Positions 8,052-16,832 of a DNA stretch of 53,683 bases are shown here, in pieces. The DNA is from an uncultured Planctomycetales bacterium. Its GTDB lineage: Bacteria; Omnitrophota; Gorgyraeia; Gygaellales; Profunditerraquicolaceae. The notes under the pieces are model-generated. The model did no database searches, was not told where the DNA came from, and saw nothing but the letters and a program-made list of their open reading frames with translations. The stretch is taken from contig CAYIFW010000001.1 of NCBI GenBank assembly GCA_964362795.1, positions 14,483-68,165 of the forward strand. The letters run 5' to 3'. Positions within the stretch are counted from its first letter, which is position 1. The number at the start of each line of letters is the position of its first letter. A program made the position numbers and the translations under genes.

Positions 8052-8784
8052 CCAGCTCCCGTGGCTTATTATACATATTCATTTTATTAGCAACCCAATC
8101 CAGAGAAATATTATATTTTTTTAAAATATCCGCTTGTCCGTTTTTTGCCGGATTACTCACCATCCCGCGGCAGCCATAACAAATATTGCCGTTATTAATA
8201 CACCAGGAATTACATCCGGCGCGGGTTACCGGGCCCAGGCAGCTGATCCCCTTATCATACATACAGACATTTTCATTAAAACGGCACTCCGTGCAAACCG
8301 CATAATCCGGCACAATATAAGCCAGGCCGGCTAAAGCGCACTTAAGCACCTTGACAAGTTCCGGTTGATAAACCGGACAACCGTGCACGAAATAATCAAC
8401 CTTAACTATTTGATGCAAAGGTTGCGTGGGTAGCGTTGAAAAATGTTTGGCATCATCTTTATAAACGTATTTCTTGATATCTTCCAGGTCAAAGTTGTTT
8501 TTCATCCCGTTGATTCCGCCGATAGTAGCGCAGGATCCATAAGCAATCAAAACTTTGGCTATCCCGCGAATTTTCTTAATTCTTTCTAGATCATGAGCGG
8601 TGGTAATGCTGCCTTCCACAATCGCTACGTCATAAACATCGCTTTTCTCGCTCATTACCTCCCGGAACATTACTACATCAATTGCGCCAAGGATATCCAA
8701 AAGCGCCTCTCCGAAATTCGCCACCTGTAACTGGCATCCTTCGCAACAAGAAAAATCAAAAAACGCAACCTTAGGTTTACTCAT
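8023..8784 (-). CDS. [NiFe] hydrogenase small (delta) subunit, NuoB-like
   Basis: 253 aa. N-terminal FFDFSCCEGCQ, GSCA and a Cys-rich distal part (CTEC...C, CNSWC...CYGC). Start/stop overlap TAATG at 8782-8786. Confidence 0.88.
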   Translation of the reverse strand: MSKPKVAFFDFSCCEGCQLQVANFGEALLDILGAIDVVMFREVMSEKSDVYDVAIVEGSITTAHDLERIKKIRGIAKVLIAYGSCATIGGINGMKNNFDLEDIKKYVYKDDAKHFSTLPTQPLHQIVKVDYFVHGCPVYQPELVKVLKCALAGLAYIVPDYAVCTECRFNENVCMYDKGISCLGPVTRAGCNSWCINNGNICYGCRGMVSNPAKNGQADILKKYNISLDWVANKMNMYNKPRELDVDEQKHKG

Positions 8785-9620
8785 TATAATGCCTCTGGAT
8801 TAGCTTTAATTTGATCATAAGAAAATACCGGGCCGTCTTTACAGCAATAATACTGGGCGATCTGGCAATGCCCGCACTTTCCAATACCGCACTTCATATG
8901 CCTCTCTAAAGAAACATAGATCTGATTCTCCGGAATCTCTTTTTTAAGAATTTCCACCAACACAAATTTATACATAATCGGAGGCCCCACAACTATCGCA
9001 AAAGTCTTCTTAGGATGCAGATCTATCCCGGGAATAAGCGAAGTAATCAGGCCGATATTGCCTTGCCAATCGGGATCAGCTTTATCAACCGTGCAGGAGA
9101 AGTTAACATCCATCCGCTCCTCCCAATTTTTAATCTCATCGGCAAAAAGAAAATCTTCCGGTTTCTTACAGCCAAGCAGGATGTGCGCTTTACCAAAATC
9201 CCGGCGGTTATCAATTACAAAATTAATCAGCGAACGTAAAGGAACGATTCCCAATCCTCCGGCAACAAAAAGCAAGTCATTTCCTTCTAAAACCTGCACC
9301 GGGAATCCTCTTCCAAAAGGGCCGCGAATCCCTAAAACATCTCCTGCCTTTAACTGATGCAAAGCATTGGTCACTCTACCGACATTACGCACCACTAACT
9401 CAAAATAACTGCGCTTAGTCGGCGAAGAAGATACGGATATCGGCGCTTCTCCGATACCCAAGAGAGATACCATCACAAATTGCCCCGGCTCATGGTCAAG
9501 GCTAAAACCACCATCCAGAGAAATCTTAAAATATTTCTCGTTAGCCGTCATCAGGCGCGCCTCAATGATTTTGGCCGGCATCACGATATATTCGGATTCT
9601 TTTAATTCAATACTTTTCAC
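8784..9620 (-). CDS. Hydrogenase gamma subunit, FAD/NAD(P)-binding oxidoreductase with 2Fe-2S (AsrB/PyrK-like)
   Basis: 278 aa. GGLGIVP nucleotide fold and C-terminal CGIGKCGHCQ...CCKDGPVF. GTG start at 9618-9620 overlaps the beta-subunit TGA (GTGA). Confidence 0.85.
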   Translation of the reverse strand: MKSIELKESEYIVMPAKIIEARLMTANEKYFKISLDGGFSLDHEPGQFVMVSLLGIGEAPISVSSSPTKRSYFELVVRNVGRVTNALHQLKAGDVLGIRGPFGRGFPVQVLEGNDLLFVAGGLGIVPLRSLINFVIDNRRDFGKAHILLGCKKPEDFLFADEIKNWEERMDVNFSCTVDKADPDWQGNIGLITSLIPGIDLHPKKTFAIVVGPPIMYKFVLVEILKKEIPENQIYVSLERHMKCGIGKCGHCQIAQYYCCKDGPVFSYDQIKANPEAL

Positions 9621-10653
9621 TTTATTTCCCTAGCTAGATCATTAATCGTTTCTTTAAGCGAAATATCCGCCATACAGGTACGCGAACATCTACCGCATCC
9701 TGTACAAAAATAACGGCTGTATTTATCCACCGGATACCTGAATTTACGCAAATAACGATGGCGCTGGCGCTGCCCGCGTTCTTGACGAAAGTTCTCGTTA
9801 CCGGCCACCTTAGCAAATGGCTCGCTCTGGCAGGAATCCCAACGGCGATAACGCAGGCCGCTGTTTAAATCAAGATTAGACTCATCAATAATATCAAAAC
9901 AATAACAAGTCGGACAGACATTGGTGCAATTCCCGCAAGCCAAACATCGCTTATCCAGCTCATCCCAGACTTTACTATGAAGCGCATGGCGGTTAAAAAG
10001 CTGCTTAATAGCGGGGTGGCGAACATTAACTTCGTTTTTAAAAATTTCCTGTTTTTAGCGCGCAATAACTCCAGAGATTTCAACGTTTGATCATCCGCTG
10101 CCTTAAGAACACCCGCCTTATCTACCAACTCATCTCCCAACATAGTGTTGATGTGCACGACAAAAGTATCTCCTAAATCAGTAAAAAACAAATCATATCC
10201 TCCGTTAGGAAGATGGTTATTTACAACATGACAAGAAGCATATTCATCGCAGTACTCATTACACTCCAAACCAATGATGGCAATCTTATTTTTGCGCACA
10301 ATATAATTAATATCTTTAGGTTTATCCGAAAAAACCATATTCAGGCATTGAATCCCGGCTAAATCACAGGTATGCACGCCGAAAATAACCATCTTTTCAT
10401 ATTCTAAAACAGCATTCAGCGAATTTTTCCCCTTATCATAAGCAGCTAAAGTTTCACCGGTAGGAAGAAAATATTTTTTTGGCGGTAGAATGGTGGGAAT
10501 ATACCTGATGGCGATATCTTTAGCGCTGGTAACATTCTGAAAAGAAAAGTTTTTATAACCCAGGCTAACTGGCGCGACAACCTTTTGCGTTTGCGCTAAA
10601 GAGCTAATAAACGCATCAAGATTTTCTTTTTTTAATACGGCGAATTGCTTCAT
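9617..10653 (-). pseudogene. Hydrogenase beta subunit (AsrA-like Fe-S protein) interrupted by a 1-nt frameshift. It is either a true pseudogene or a homopolymer sequencing error.
   Basis: ORFs 9865-10653 and 9617-9943 overlap in different frames. The 1037-nt span is not a multiple of 3. The frames meet at the T5 run 10052-10056 (coding strand GCT AAA AAC AGG). One extra A gives ...LELLRAKKQEIFKNEVNVRHPAIKQLFNRHALHSKVWDELDKRCLACGNCTNVCPTCYCF..., a continuous protein of about 345 aa. Confidence 0.8.
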
Positions 10654-10703
10654 AGATAAACCAATTCTCTTATAAGTTGATACAGGAACCTAAACCTATT
10701 ATG

Positions 10704-10721
10704 TTGTGAATAATATCACAA
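10704..10721. promoter_or_regulatory. Rex operator
   Basis: TTGTGAATAATATCACAA matches 13 of the 14 defined positions of the Rex consensus TTGTGAAnnnnTTCACAA. It sits 51-68 nt upstream of the hydrogenase operon start codon and overlaps the predicted -10. Confidence 0.7.
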
Positions 10722-10737
10722 AAATTAACTTTGTCAA
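10710..10737 (-). promoter_or_regulatory. Sigma70-type promoter of the hydrogenase/rex/hydG/nfn operon
   Basis: On the minus strand: TTGACA (10737-10732), a 16-nt spacer, then an extended -10 TGaTATTAT (10718-10710). Confidence 0.55.
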
Positions 10738-10811
10738 ACATTTTATTAAATTATTTTCCTAATCGAGAACCGGAGGTTTTCGCGAACTAATCCCGCTTAA
10801 TTAAATAATTA

Positions 10812-10840
10812 TTGATATTGACTATTTAAAGGTGTATACT
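10812..10840 (+). promoter_or_regulatory. Candidate sigma70 promoter of the divergent permease gene
   Basis: TTGATA (10812-10817), a 17-nt spacer, then TATACT (10835-10840), 63 nt upstream of the ATG at 10903. Confidence 0.4.
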
Positions 10841-10902
10841 TCTAAAATAATTATTACCGGGGGAAGTTCAATATCCGGACATTATCAAGAAAGAGATTTC
10901 GA

Positions 10903-12276
10903 ATGAAAAAAGTGCTGGCAATCACAATTTCGGCATTACTCATCGCTTTAGGCGGGCCACGCATCGGATTATCAGGCCACCAGGCGATGGTGGCAGCCAT
11001 ATTCTGCGTTTCCATTATGGGAGTATTATTATACTGGGAACTCCGGCTCAGCTTTGTTTTCTTAGGGGCCGGGGTTATGCTCCTTACTCGCTCAATTGAC
11101 CTGGAAAACCTGATAAAATTCGCTTCCTTAGACGTCATTCTGTTCTTGATTGGCACAATGATCCTGGTAGGCATGCTCAATGATGCGGGATTTTTCTACT
11201 GGATGATTACCCGCCTCATCAGGATTAAAAACATCACCGGAGGAAAACTTTTTATCTTAATTATGCTTCTCTCCGGAATATTGTCGGGGCTAATGGGAGA
11301 AGTTGCCTCAATTATCATAATGTCTAAGATCATCCTTGACATCTGCCACCTGACAGATGTTGACCCTATCCCGCTGATCATTGCCTCTGTTCTAGCCACC
11401 AATATCGGATCCTCGGGCACATTGCTCGGTAACCCCGTCGGCATCTTGATCGCCGCGCGCGCCAACCTCAGTTTTGAGGATTTCATGCGTGACGCTTTTC
11501 CCACGACAATTATCGTGCTTATCGCGACTCTGGCGATCCTCTCATTATGGTATCGCAAGGTCATCCGGGAACTAAATGAAAAACTCACCCCCTTAAAAGA
11601 AAATGATTTTTTCATTTCACTGATCACAATACCCACGGATACCCGGACTAAGGTAAGCATCGGAATATTTTTTGCCATGCTTACAAACATTTTCTTTCAT
11701 CACAGAATAGAAGTTATTTTCGGGCTTGAGGAAAACAGTATCTTAATGATCACTCCGATAGTCTTTGCGGGAATAGCCCTGCTTTACCGGCGCGATAGAA
11801 TGCGCCATTATGTCGAACGGGAAGTAGAATGGACCTCGGTTCTATTTTTCTTATTTCTTTTTGCCCTGGCAGGGGTTGTGAAATTCAGCGGGATTTCTGA
11901 CGTAATTGCCCGTAACCTCATTGGGAAGTTTGGCCATCCGGCAAATCTATTATCCGCGGTACTTATTTATTCTAGCGCGATTCTTTCAGCTGTACTGGAT
12001 AACACAATTGTCGTCGCCACTTATATCCCGATTGTCCAAAGTTTAGGCGGCCTGAATATTAACATTAAACCTCTCTGGTGGGCGATATTGTTTGGCGCCT
12101 GCTACGGAGGCAATATCACCATTATCGGCTCTACCGCCAATATCATCGCTATGGATATTCTGGAGAAAAGCCGGGGGGTCAAGATAAGCTTTTACCGCTG
12201 GCTAAAAATCGGCTTAGTAGTAGGAGCGGTTACAACTACGATCGCCTATCTTTCCATCATCTTCCTGATACACTAA
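10903..12276 (+). CDS. Polytopic anion/ion permease (ArsB/NhaD / CitMHS-type superfamily)
   Basis: 457 aa and hydrophobic throughout. Two repeated halves are separated by a hydrophilic loop (RKVIRELNEKLTPLKENDF). It is the only plus-strand gene. Confidence 0.7.
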   Translation: MKKVLAITISALLIALGGPRIGLSGHQAMVAAIFCVSIMGVLLYWELRLSFVFLGAGVMLLTRSIDLENLIKFASLDVILFLIGTMILVGMLNDAGFFYWMITRLIRIKNITGGKLFILIMLLSGILSGLMGEVASIIIMSKIILDICHLTDVDPIPLIIASVLATNIGSSGTLLGNPVGILIAARANLSFEDFMRDAFPTTIIVLIATLAILSLWYRKVIRELNEKLTPLKENDFFISLITIPTDTRTKVSIGIFFAMLTNIFFHHRIEVIFGLEENSILMITPIVFAGIALLYRRDRMRHYVEREVEWTSVLFFLFLFALAGVVKFSGISDVIARNLIGKFGHPANLLSAVLIYSSAILSAVLDNTIVVATYIPIVQSLGGLNINIKPLWWAILFGACYGGNITIIGSTANIIAMDILEKSRGVKISFYRWLKIGLVVGAVTTTIAYLSIIFLIH

Positions 12277-12310
12277 TCATCAAATAATTTATTTTACTCA
12301 AACGGCGGTA

Positions 12311-13084
12311 TTACTGAGAGTAACTATGCAGGCCGGAAAACAAATAGCTGACCCCAAAATAGGTAAAAAGCATCGCCAGAAAACCTATCACCGACAACCA
12401 AGCTGCTTTTTTCCCTCTCCACCCCTTTCTTAGGCGAGCATGCAAATATATAGCATAAATAAACCAAGTAATTAATGACCAGGTTTCCTTAGGGTCCCAG
12501 CTCCAATAAGTGCCCCAGGCGGAATTGGCCCAGACCGATCCACTAATAATGCCTAAAGTTAAGAATAAGAAACCCAGGGCAATTAACTTATGACTAATAT
12601 TATCTAAATTCTGACTCGCCTCTTTTTTAAATAAAATAATCAAGCTGGCAACAAAAGCCACGGTTAAAGCGGCGTAGCCGATAAAACAGGTTAATACATG
12701 AAAGGTCAGCCAATTGCTTCTTAGGGCGGGCATCAGCGGAGCAATCTCTTTATCTAATAACGCAGCGTATCCTAAGGCCAATAAACCCATTAAAGCCGTT
12801 AGAGCATTAATCACCTTAATCTTATATTTTAAATCCATGAAAATAATAAAAACAGCAATCGCCCAGGCAAATACGACTAAGGACTCAAACATATTGCTTA
12901 GCGGAGGCCGCAGGGCAGCCTGCCAGCGAATGCCGATATGAATCGAAAGCCCCAGAGCCGCACAAATGATAAAAAATCTCGCCAGAATCGAAAATATTTT
13001 ATTTTTAAAAAACAGGCTTCCCGCGTAGAAAATCATGGACGCAAAATAAACTCCGAAACTAAAATTAAGATACGCTACAGACAT
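12311..13084 (-). CDS. ccsA: Cytochrome c biogenesis System II haem-handling protein CcsA/ResC
   Basis: 257 aa membrane protein with the WWD-type motif WGTYWSWDPKETW and flanking histidines. Confidence 0.9.
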   Translation of the reverse strand: MSVAYLNFSFGVYFASMIFYAGSLFFKNKIFSILARFFIICAALGLSIHIGIRWQAALRPPLSNMFESLVVFAWAIAVFIIFMDLKYKIKVINALTALMGLLALGYAALLDKEIAPLMPALRSNWLTFHVLTCFIGYAALTVAFVASLIILFKKEASQNLDNISHKLIALGFLFLTLGIISGSVWANSAWGTYWSWDPKETWSLITWFIYAIYLHARLRKGWRGKKAAWLSVIGFLAMLFTYFGVSYLFSGLHSYSQ

Positions 13085-13088
13085 AGTT

Positions 13089-14123
13089 TCACCCTTTCAG
13101 CGTTAGCGGGCCGACATAAAATATCATTACCAGTCCTACAATCAACAAAATAAATCCCGCATAAATCACCGGCACTCCCGGATCCCTAACAACCTGCAGC
13201 CCGGTCCAACTAAGATTCTGGCTGTCATAACCTGATTGAAAAAAATTATAACCTGCAAAATTAAGCGGCGCGTTCACCTGAATATCCCGGTTTAATACTT
13301 CTTGGTTATCTTTTAAGATGGTAACTTTACTGATAAAATCTTTAGGCCGGCGCGGCGCCCAGTTATATCTAATCTGAAAATCCGTACTTATCCCTTGGTG
13401 GATATCCGGGAAACGCGCAAAGATCCAGGCATTTTTAGCCTTCCCTTGAGGATCGATCAATTCCACCTCTAAAGCCGGATTATTCGGCTCAGCCGACCGG
13501 CTTAAAACCTCTTTAGTCGAAGTGTCCATCACAAAATCCGCGACATAGCGCAGAACTTTAATCTTATAACCGGTATCAGCAATCTCTTGCGGGCTACCCG
13601 GATTAACGGAAATTTTAGCTAAGAGACCCTTTGCGTTTTCCGCTTTTTTTGCAAAATCAATATTACAAACATCTTTTTCTGATCTTTCCCCTGAATATAC
13701 CAGTAATTTCTCTTTCACATCGATATTTTCGTTATAAATAAAATCATTTAACCTGATCGAAAACCCCAGAGGGATATTCTTACCGCGATAGATAAAAGAA
13801 TTTATCGCCTGGCCTTTGCGAATTATTACGTAATCTTTCTGGGCAAAAAGTATTCCGATGAGCGCTCCCAGTAATATAATTAAAATACTGCTATGCGCCA
13901 AAGAAGATCCCAACGAACGATTTTTCAAGGAAAATTTGTTTATAAGGCATACCATAAGATTTAAAGAAAATAAAACCAGCAAAAGAATGAACCACCAGGA
14001 AGAATAAATACCGCTTTGGGCAATAAAAGTGCCGATTAAAGAAAAAAACGCGATTACCGCAAGCAGCCAGATCGCCAGCTTTACCGAAGCAAAAAATTTC
14101 CAGATTTTAGTTTGTTTAAACAT
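13089..14123 (-). CDS. ccsB: Cytochrome c biogenesis System II protein CcsB/ResB
   Basis: 344 aa. N-terminal TM helices, a large soluble loop and a C-terminal TM helix. It lies immediately upstream of ccsA. Confidence 0.8.
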   Translation of the reverse strand: MFKQTKIWKFFASVKLAIWLLAVIAFFSLIGTFIAQSGIYSSWWFILLLVLFSLNLMVCLINKFSLKNRSLGSSLAHSSILIILLGALIGILFAQKDYVIIRKGQAINSFIYRGKNIPLGFSIRLNDFIYNENIDVKEKLLVYSGERSEKDVCNIDFAKKAENAKGLLAKISVNPGSPQEIADTGYKIKVLRYVADFVMDTSTKEVLSRSAEPNNPALEVELIDPQGKAKNAWIFARFPDIHQGISTDFQIRYNWAPRRPKDFISKVTILKDNQEVLNRDIQVNAPLNFAGYNFFQSGYDSQNLSWTGLQVVRDPGVPVIYAGFILLIVGLVMIFYVGPLTLKG

Positions 14124-14139
14124 GCTCTTTTTTAGGAAT

Positions 14140-14168
14140 GGTTGGCCCCGGCAAACCCGGGGCTAACC
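14140..14168 (-). other. GC-rich intercistronic hairpin between the tetrahaem cytochrome gene and ccsB
   Basis: ggttggccccgg (14140-14151) pairs with ccggggctaacc (14157-14168). The stem is 12 bp with one G:T position and the loop is 5 nt. No U-tract follows on the minus-strand transcript. Confidence 0.5.
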
Positions 14169-14180
14169 ATAATAGTTTTA

Positions 14181-14711
14181 TTATTTTGCTGCAGGGTGAG
14201 TAATCCTAGGGTAATATTCTTTGAAATTAAACCCTTTAAAATTCGGGCTTTCGGCATTATGGCATTTAACGCACATCGCCTCCGCCGGATCAGTCAGGCC
14301 TAATTCTATTGATTTGGCCTTATCCTTCATCACGCTTATCGGTAAATAATCACCGCCGGCGCCATGGCAACTTTCACACTGCACACCATCCTCTTTGGAA
14401 AAACCTTCCCCTAATAAACTGCTATCCACTCCGTAAGCAGTCTGATGACATTTCAAACAAGCAGCGGCCTCTTGAGGATTGCCGGAAACGCCGGCTTTCT
14501 TGGCCGCTTCTTGAGCTTCAGGAGTTGCCAGCGTTACATAAGCCTTAGCATGCTTGGTCGAAAGCCACTTGCCATACTGATTACCTTTTGACTCGGATTT
14601 ATGGCACATCACGCATCTTTTAATTCCTACATATTCATGATCGGCAGCCAACGCAGCTTTAGTTACTCCTAAGACCAGAACCACCCCTATTAATATTATA
14701 TTCCGTTTCAT
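14181..14711 (-). CDS. Periplasmic tetrahaem cytochrome c
   Basis: Four CxxCH motifs (CVMCH, CLKCH, CESCH, CVKCH). Signal peptide MKRNIILIGVVLVLGVTKAALA. I chose the ATG at 14709-14711 because GGAGG (14718-14722) precedes it by 6 nt; the track ORF extends to 14744. Confidence 0.85.
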   Translation of the reverse strand: MKRNIILIGVVLVLGVTKAALAADHEYVGIKRCVMCHKSESKGNQYGKWLSTKHAKAYVTLATPEAQEAAKKAGVSGNPQEAAACLKCHQTAYGVDSSLLGEGFSKEDGVQCESCHGAGGDYLPISVMKDKAKSIELGLTDPAEAMCVKCHNAESPNFKGFNFKEYYPRITHPAAK

Positions 14712-14730
14712 CTTTATCCTCCCGCCGTTT

Positions 14731-15522
14731 TTAATTATGCTCAATAGTATGATGACAATCCCTGCAATCAGCTTTATTCCCTAAAATATGCGCTTTATGC
14801 ATAAGCAGAGCTTCGGGGATTTTCCCTAAATCCTTTTTATCCGCATGGCAATAAAAACAAAGTTGCTTAAGCACTTCACCATTGCCTGATTTGGCCGTGT
14901 CATGACAAGAAAGGCAAGTTGCATTCGGCTCCTGTAAATATTCCTTATGCGTAGCGGATTCTTTAATTGTTTTATGGCAATTTAAGCATTGCTTTATCAA
15001 CTGCTCGCCTTCAACGTTTTTAAAATGGCAGGTAAAGCAAGTGTTTTTATCTATAGAAATATGCTCTTCGTTAGTCAGCTGTTTATGGCAATTATTACAG
15101 TTAAGCGCAATACCTGCCTTGGAAGCAGCAAAATGCTTGGCATGAACAAAATCAACCTTGCCTTTAAAAATCACTTTTTTCGCGCTAACCGCTTCTCGGG
15201 TATGGCAACCCTGCCTTAAACAAGTCAAATCACTCACCGAAGCCTTAGGCTTTACCGCGTATTTTCCGGTCAAATATTTACCCACTTCGATTAACCCGTT
15301 TATTTTTCCAAAGACATGCGCTTTTAACCCCGGCTCATAATGGCATTCAATGCATTTTTCTTTATTATGGGCTGATTTCTTCCAGGAATCATAATAAGGC
15401 TTCATATTATGGCAAGCCAAACAGAACTCCGGCCGCTCGGTATAAACAATCAACGCCGCAGAGCCTAAAATAAATAAAAAAACCAGAAGAACCAAAATAA
15501 GAATTATTTTTATTTTTTTCAT
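14731..15522 (-). CDS. Membrane-anchored multihaem cytochrome c, NapC/NirT/NrfH-type N-terminus
   Basis: 263 aa. N-terminal TM helix, then eight CxxCH motifs (CLACH, CIECH, CNNCH, CFTCH, CLNCH, CLSCH, CFYCH, CRDCH) plus one CX4CH (CLRQGCH). Confidence 0.85.
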   Translation of the reverse strand: MKKIKIILILVLLVFLFILGSAALIVYTERPEFCLACHNMKPYYDSWKKSAHNKEKCIECHYEPGLKAHVFGKINGLIEVGKYLTGKYAVKPKASVSDLTCLRQGCHTREAVSAKKVIFKGKVDFVHAKHFAASKAGIALNCNNCHKQLTNEEHISIDKNTCFTCHFKNVEGEQLIKQCLNCHKTIKESATHKEYLQEPNATCLSCHDTAKSGNGEVLKQLCFYCHADKKDLGKIPEALLMHKAHILGNKADCRDCHHTIEHN

Positions 15523-16832
15523 CTTCCCAATTCCCCTAAAGCCCGCTGGGCTGCCTTTAAAGTATTTCTAATATTTGCCTGAGTATGTTTGGCGGAAACA
15601 AAATTAGCCTCGAACTGCGAAGGAGCCAGATAAACTCCCTGCTTTAGCATCTTCCGGAAAAAACCGGCAAACCTCTCTAAATCACATCCACAAACATCAA
15701 TGTAATTTTTAAGCGTTTTTTGATCTGTAAAGAATAAAGTAAATAAAGAACCTGCCCTTTGAACTGTCGCCTGAATCCTCTCTTTACGGATAACTTCTTT
15801 TAACCCCAGCTCAAGCTCTAAGCTTAACTTATCCAAATTATCATAAATTTTATTTTTTATCAATAGCTTAATTGTCGCGATCCCGGCCGCTGTGGCCACG
15901 GGATTGCCGGATAATGTCCCGGCCTGATACACCGGCCCATCCGGAGAAAGAAAATCCATGATCTCCTGCTTTCCACCGAAAGCGCCAATCGGAAAACCTC
16001 CGCCTAAGATCTTGCCTAATACTGTCAGATCAGGCTTAATTCCCAAGAACTCTTGGGCTCCGCCTAAAGCAACGCGAAAACCGGTAATTACTTCATCAAA
16101 AATTAAAACAATATTATTTTCCCGCGTAATCTCCCTTAAGGCTTCTAAGAAGCCACTTTGCGGCAGGATAACTCCCATATTTGCCGGGATAGGCTCGACA
16201 ATCACACAAGCAATATTGCCCTTATGCTGCTTGATTGCTTCTTTGAATTTATCAATATTATTAAACGGCAGGCTAAGCGTATCTTGGGCAAAACTTTTAT
16301 TTACCCCTGCTGATGAAGGCACTCCAAAAGTAGCCGATCCTGAACCCGCTTCAACCAGAAGGCTATCGGCATGCCCGTGATAACAACCCTGAAATTTTAT
16401 TATTTTCTCTTTACCCGTATAACCGCGGGCCAGGCGTAATGCTGACATCGCCGCTTCAGTCCCGGAAGAAGTAAGCCGGACTTTTTGGATCGAAGGATAA
16501 ATTTTACGGATTAATTGAGCCAGCTCAATTTCATTCGGAGTGGGAGCGCCGAAACTTGTGCCTTTTTCAACAGCCCGTTTAACCGCTTTAATCACAGCCT
16601 GGTCAGCATGGCCTAAGATCATCGGCCCCCAGGAGAGCAGATAATCCAGATATTTATTATTATCCACGTCGTAGATATAGGCGCCTTTGGCTTTTTTGAT
16701 AAACAGCGGCTCCATCCCTACGGCTTTAAAAGCGCGTACCGGGCTGTTGACCCCTCCGGGGATAAACTTTTTCGCTAAGCTAAAACAGGCTTTTGATTTT
16801 CTAACGATTGGATTTTTCATAAGTAAATTCAA
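15519..16832 (-). CDS. hemL: Glutamate-1-semialdehyde 2,1-aminomutase
   Basis: 437 aa. GGVNSPVRAF, DEVITGFR, LGKILGGGFP and AGTLSGNP motifs. Confidence 0.95.
   Translation of the reverse strand: MNLLMKNPIVRKSKACFSLAKKFIPGGVNSPVRAFKAVGMEPLFIKKAKGAYIYDVDNNKYLDYLLSWGPMILGHADQAVIKAVKRAVEKGTSFGAPTPNEIELAQLIRKIYPSIQKVRLTSSGTEAAMSALRLARGYTGKEKIIKFQGCYHGHADSLLVEAGSGSATFGVPSSAGVNKSFAQDTLSLPFNNIDKFKEAIKQHKGNIACVIVEPIPANMGVILPQSGFLEALREITRENNIVLIFDEVITGFRVALGGAQEFLGIKPDLTVLGKILGGGFPIGAFGGKQEIMDFLSPDGPVYQAGTLSGNPVATAAGIATIKLLIKNKIYDNLDKLSLELELGLKEVIRKERIQATVQRAGSLFTLFFTDQKTLKNYIDVCGCDLERFAGFFRKMLKQGVYLAPSQFEANFVSAKHTQANIRNTLKAAQRALGELGR

Noticed and set aside
10040-10065. Programmed -1 ribosomal frameshift or transcriptional slippage as the explanation for the split beta subunit
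   Set aside because: The site reads T AAA AAC, which is not a canonical X XXY YYZ heptamer. I saw no convincing downstream stimulatory structure. A run of five A residues is short for transcriptional slippage. A homopolymer error or a simple mutation is the more economical explanation.
10854-11690. Minus-strand ORFs 10854-11180 and 11196-11690
   Set aside because: They are antisense to the clearly membrane-protein-like permease gene, have no motifs and show odd composition. They would also run through the divergent promoter region.
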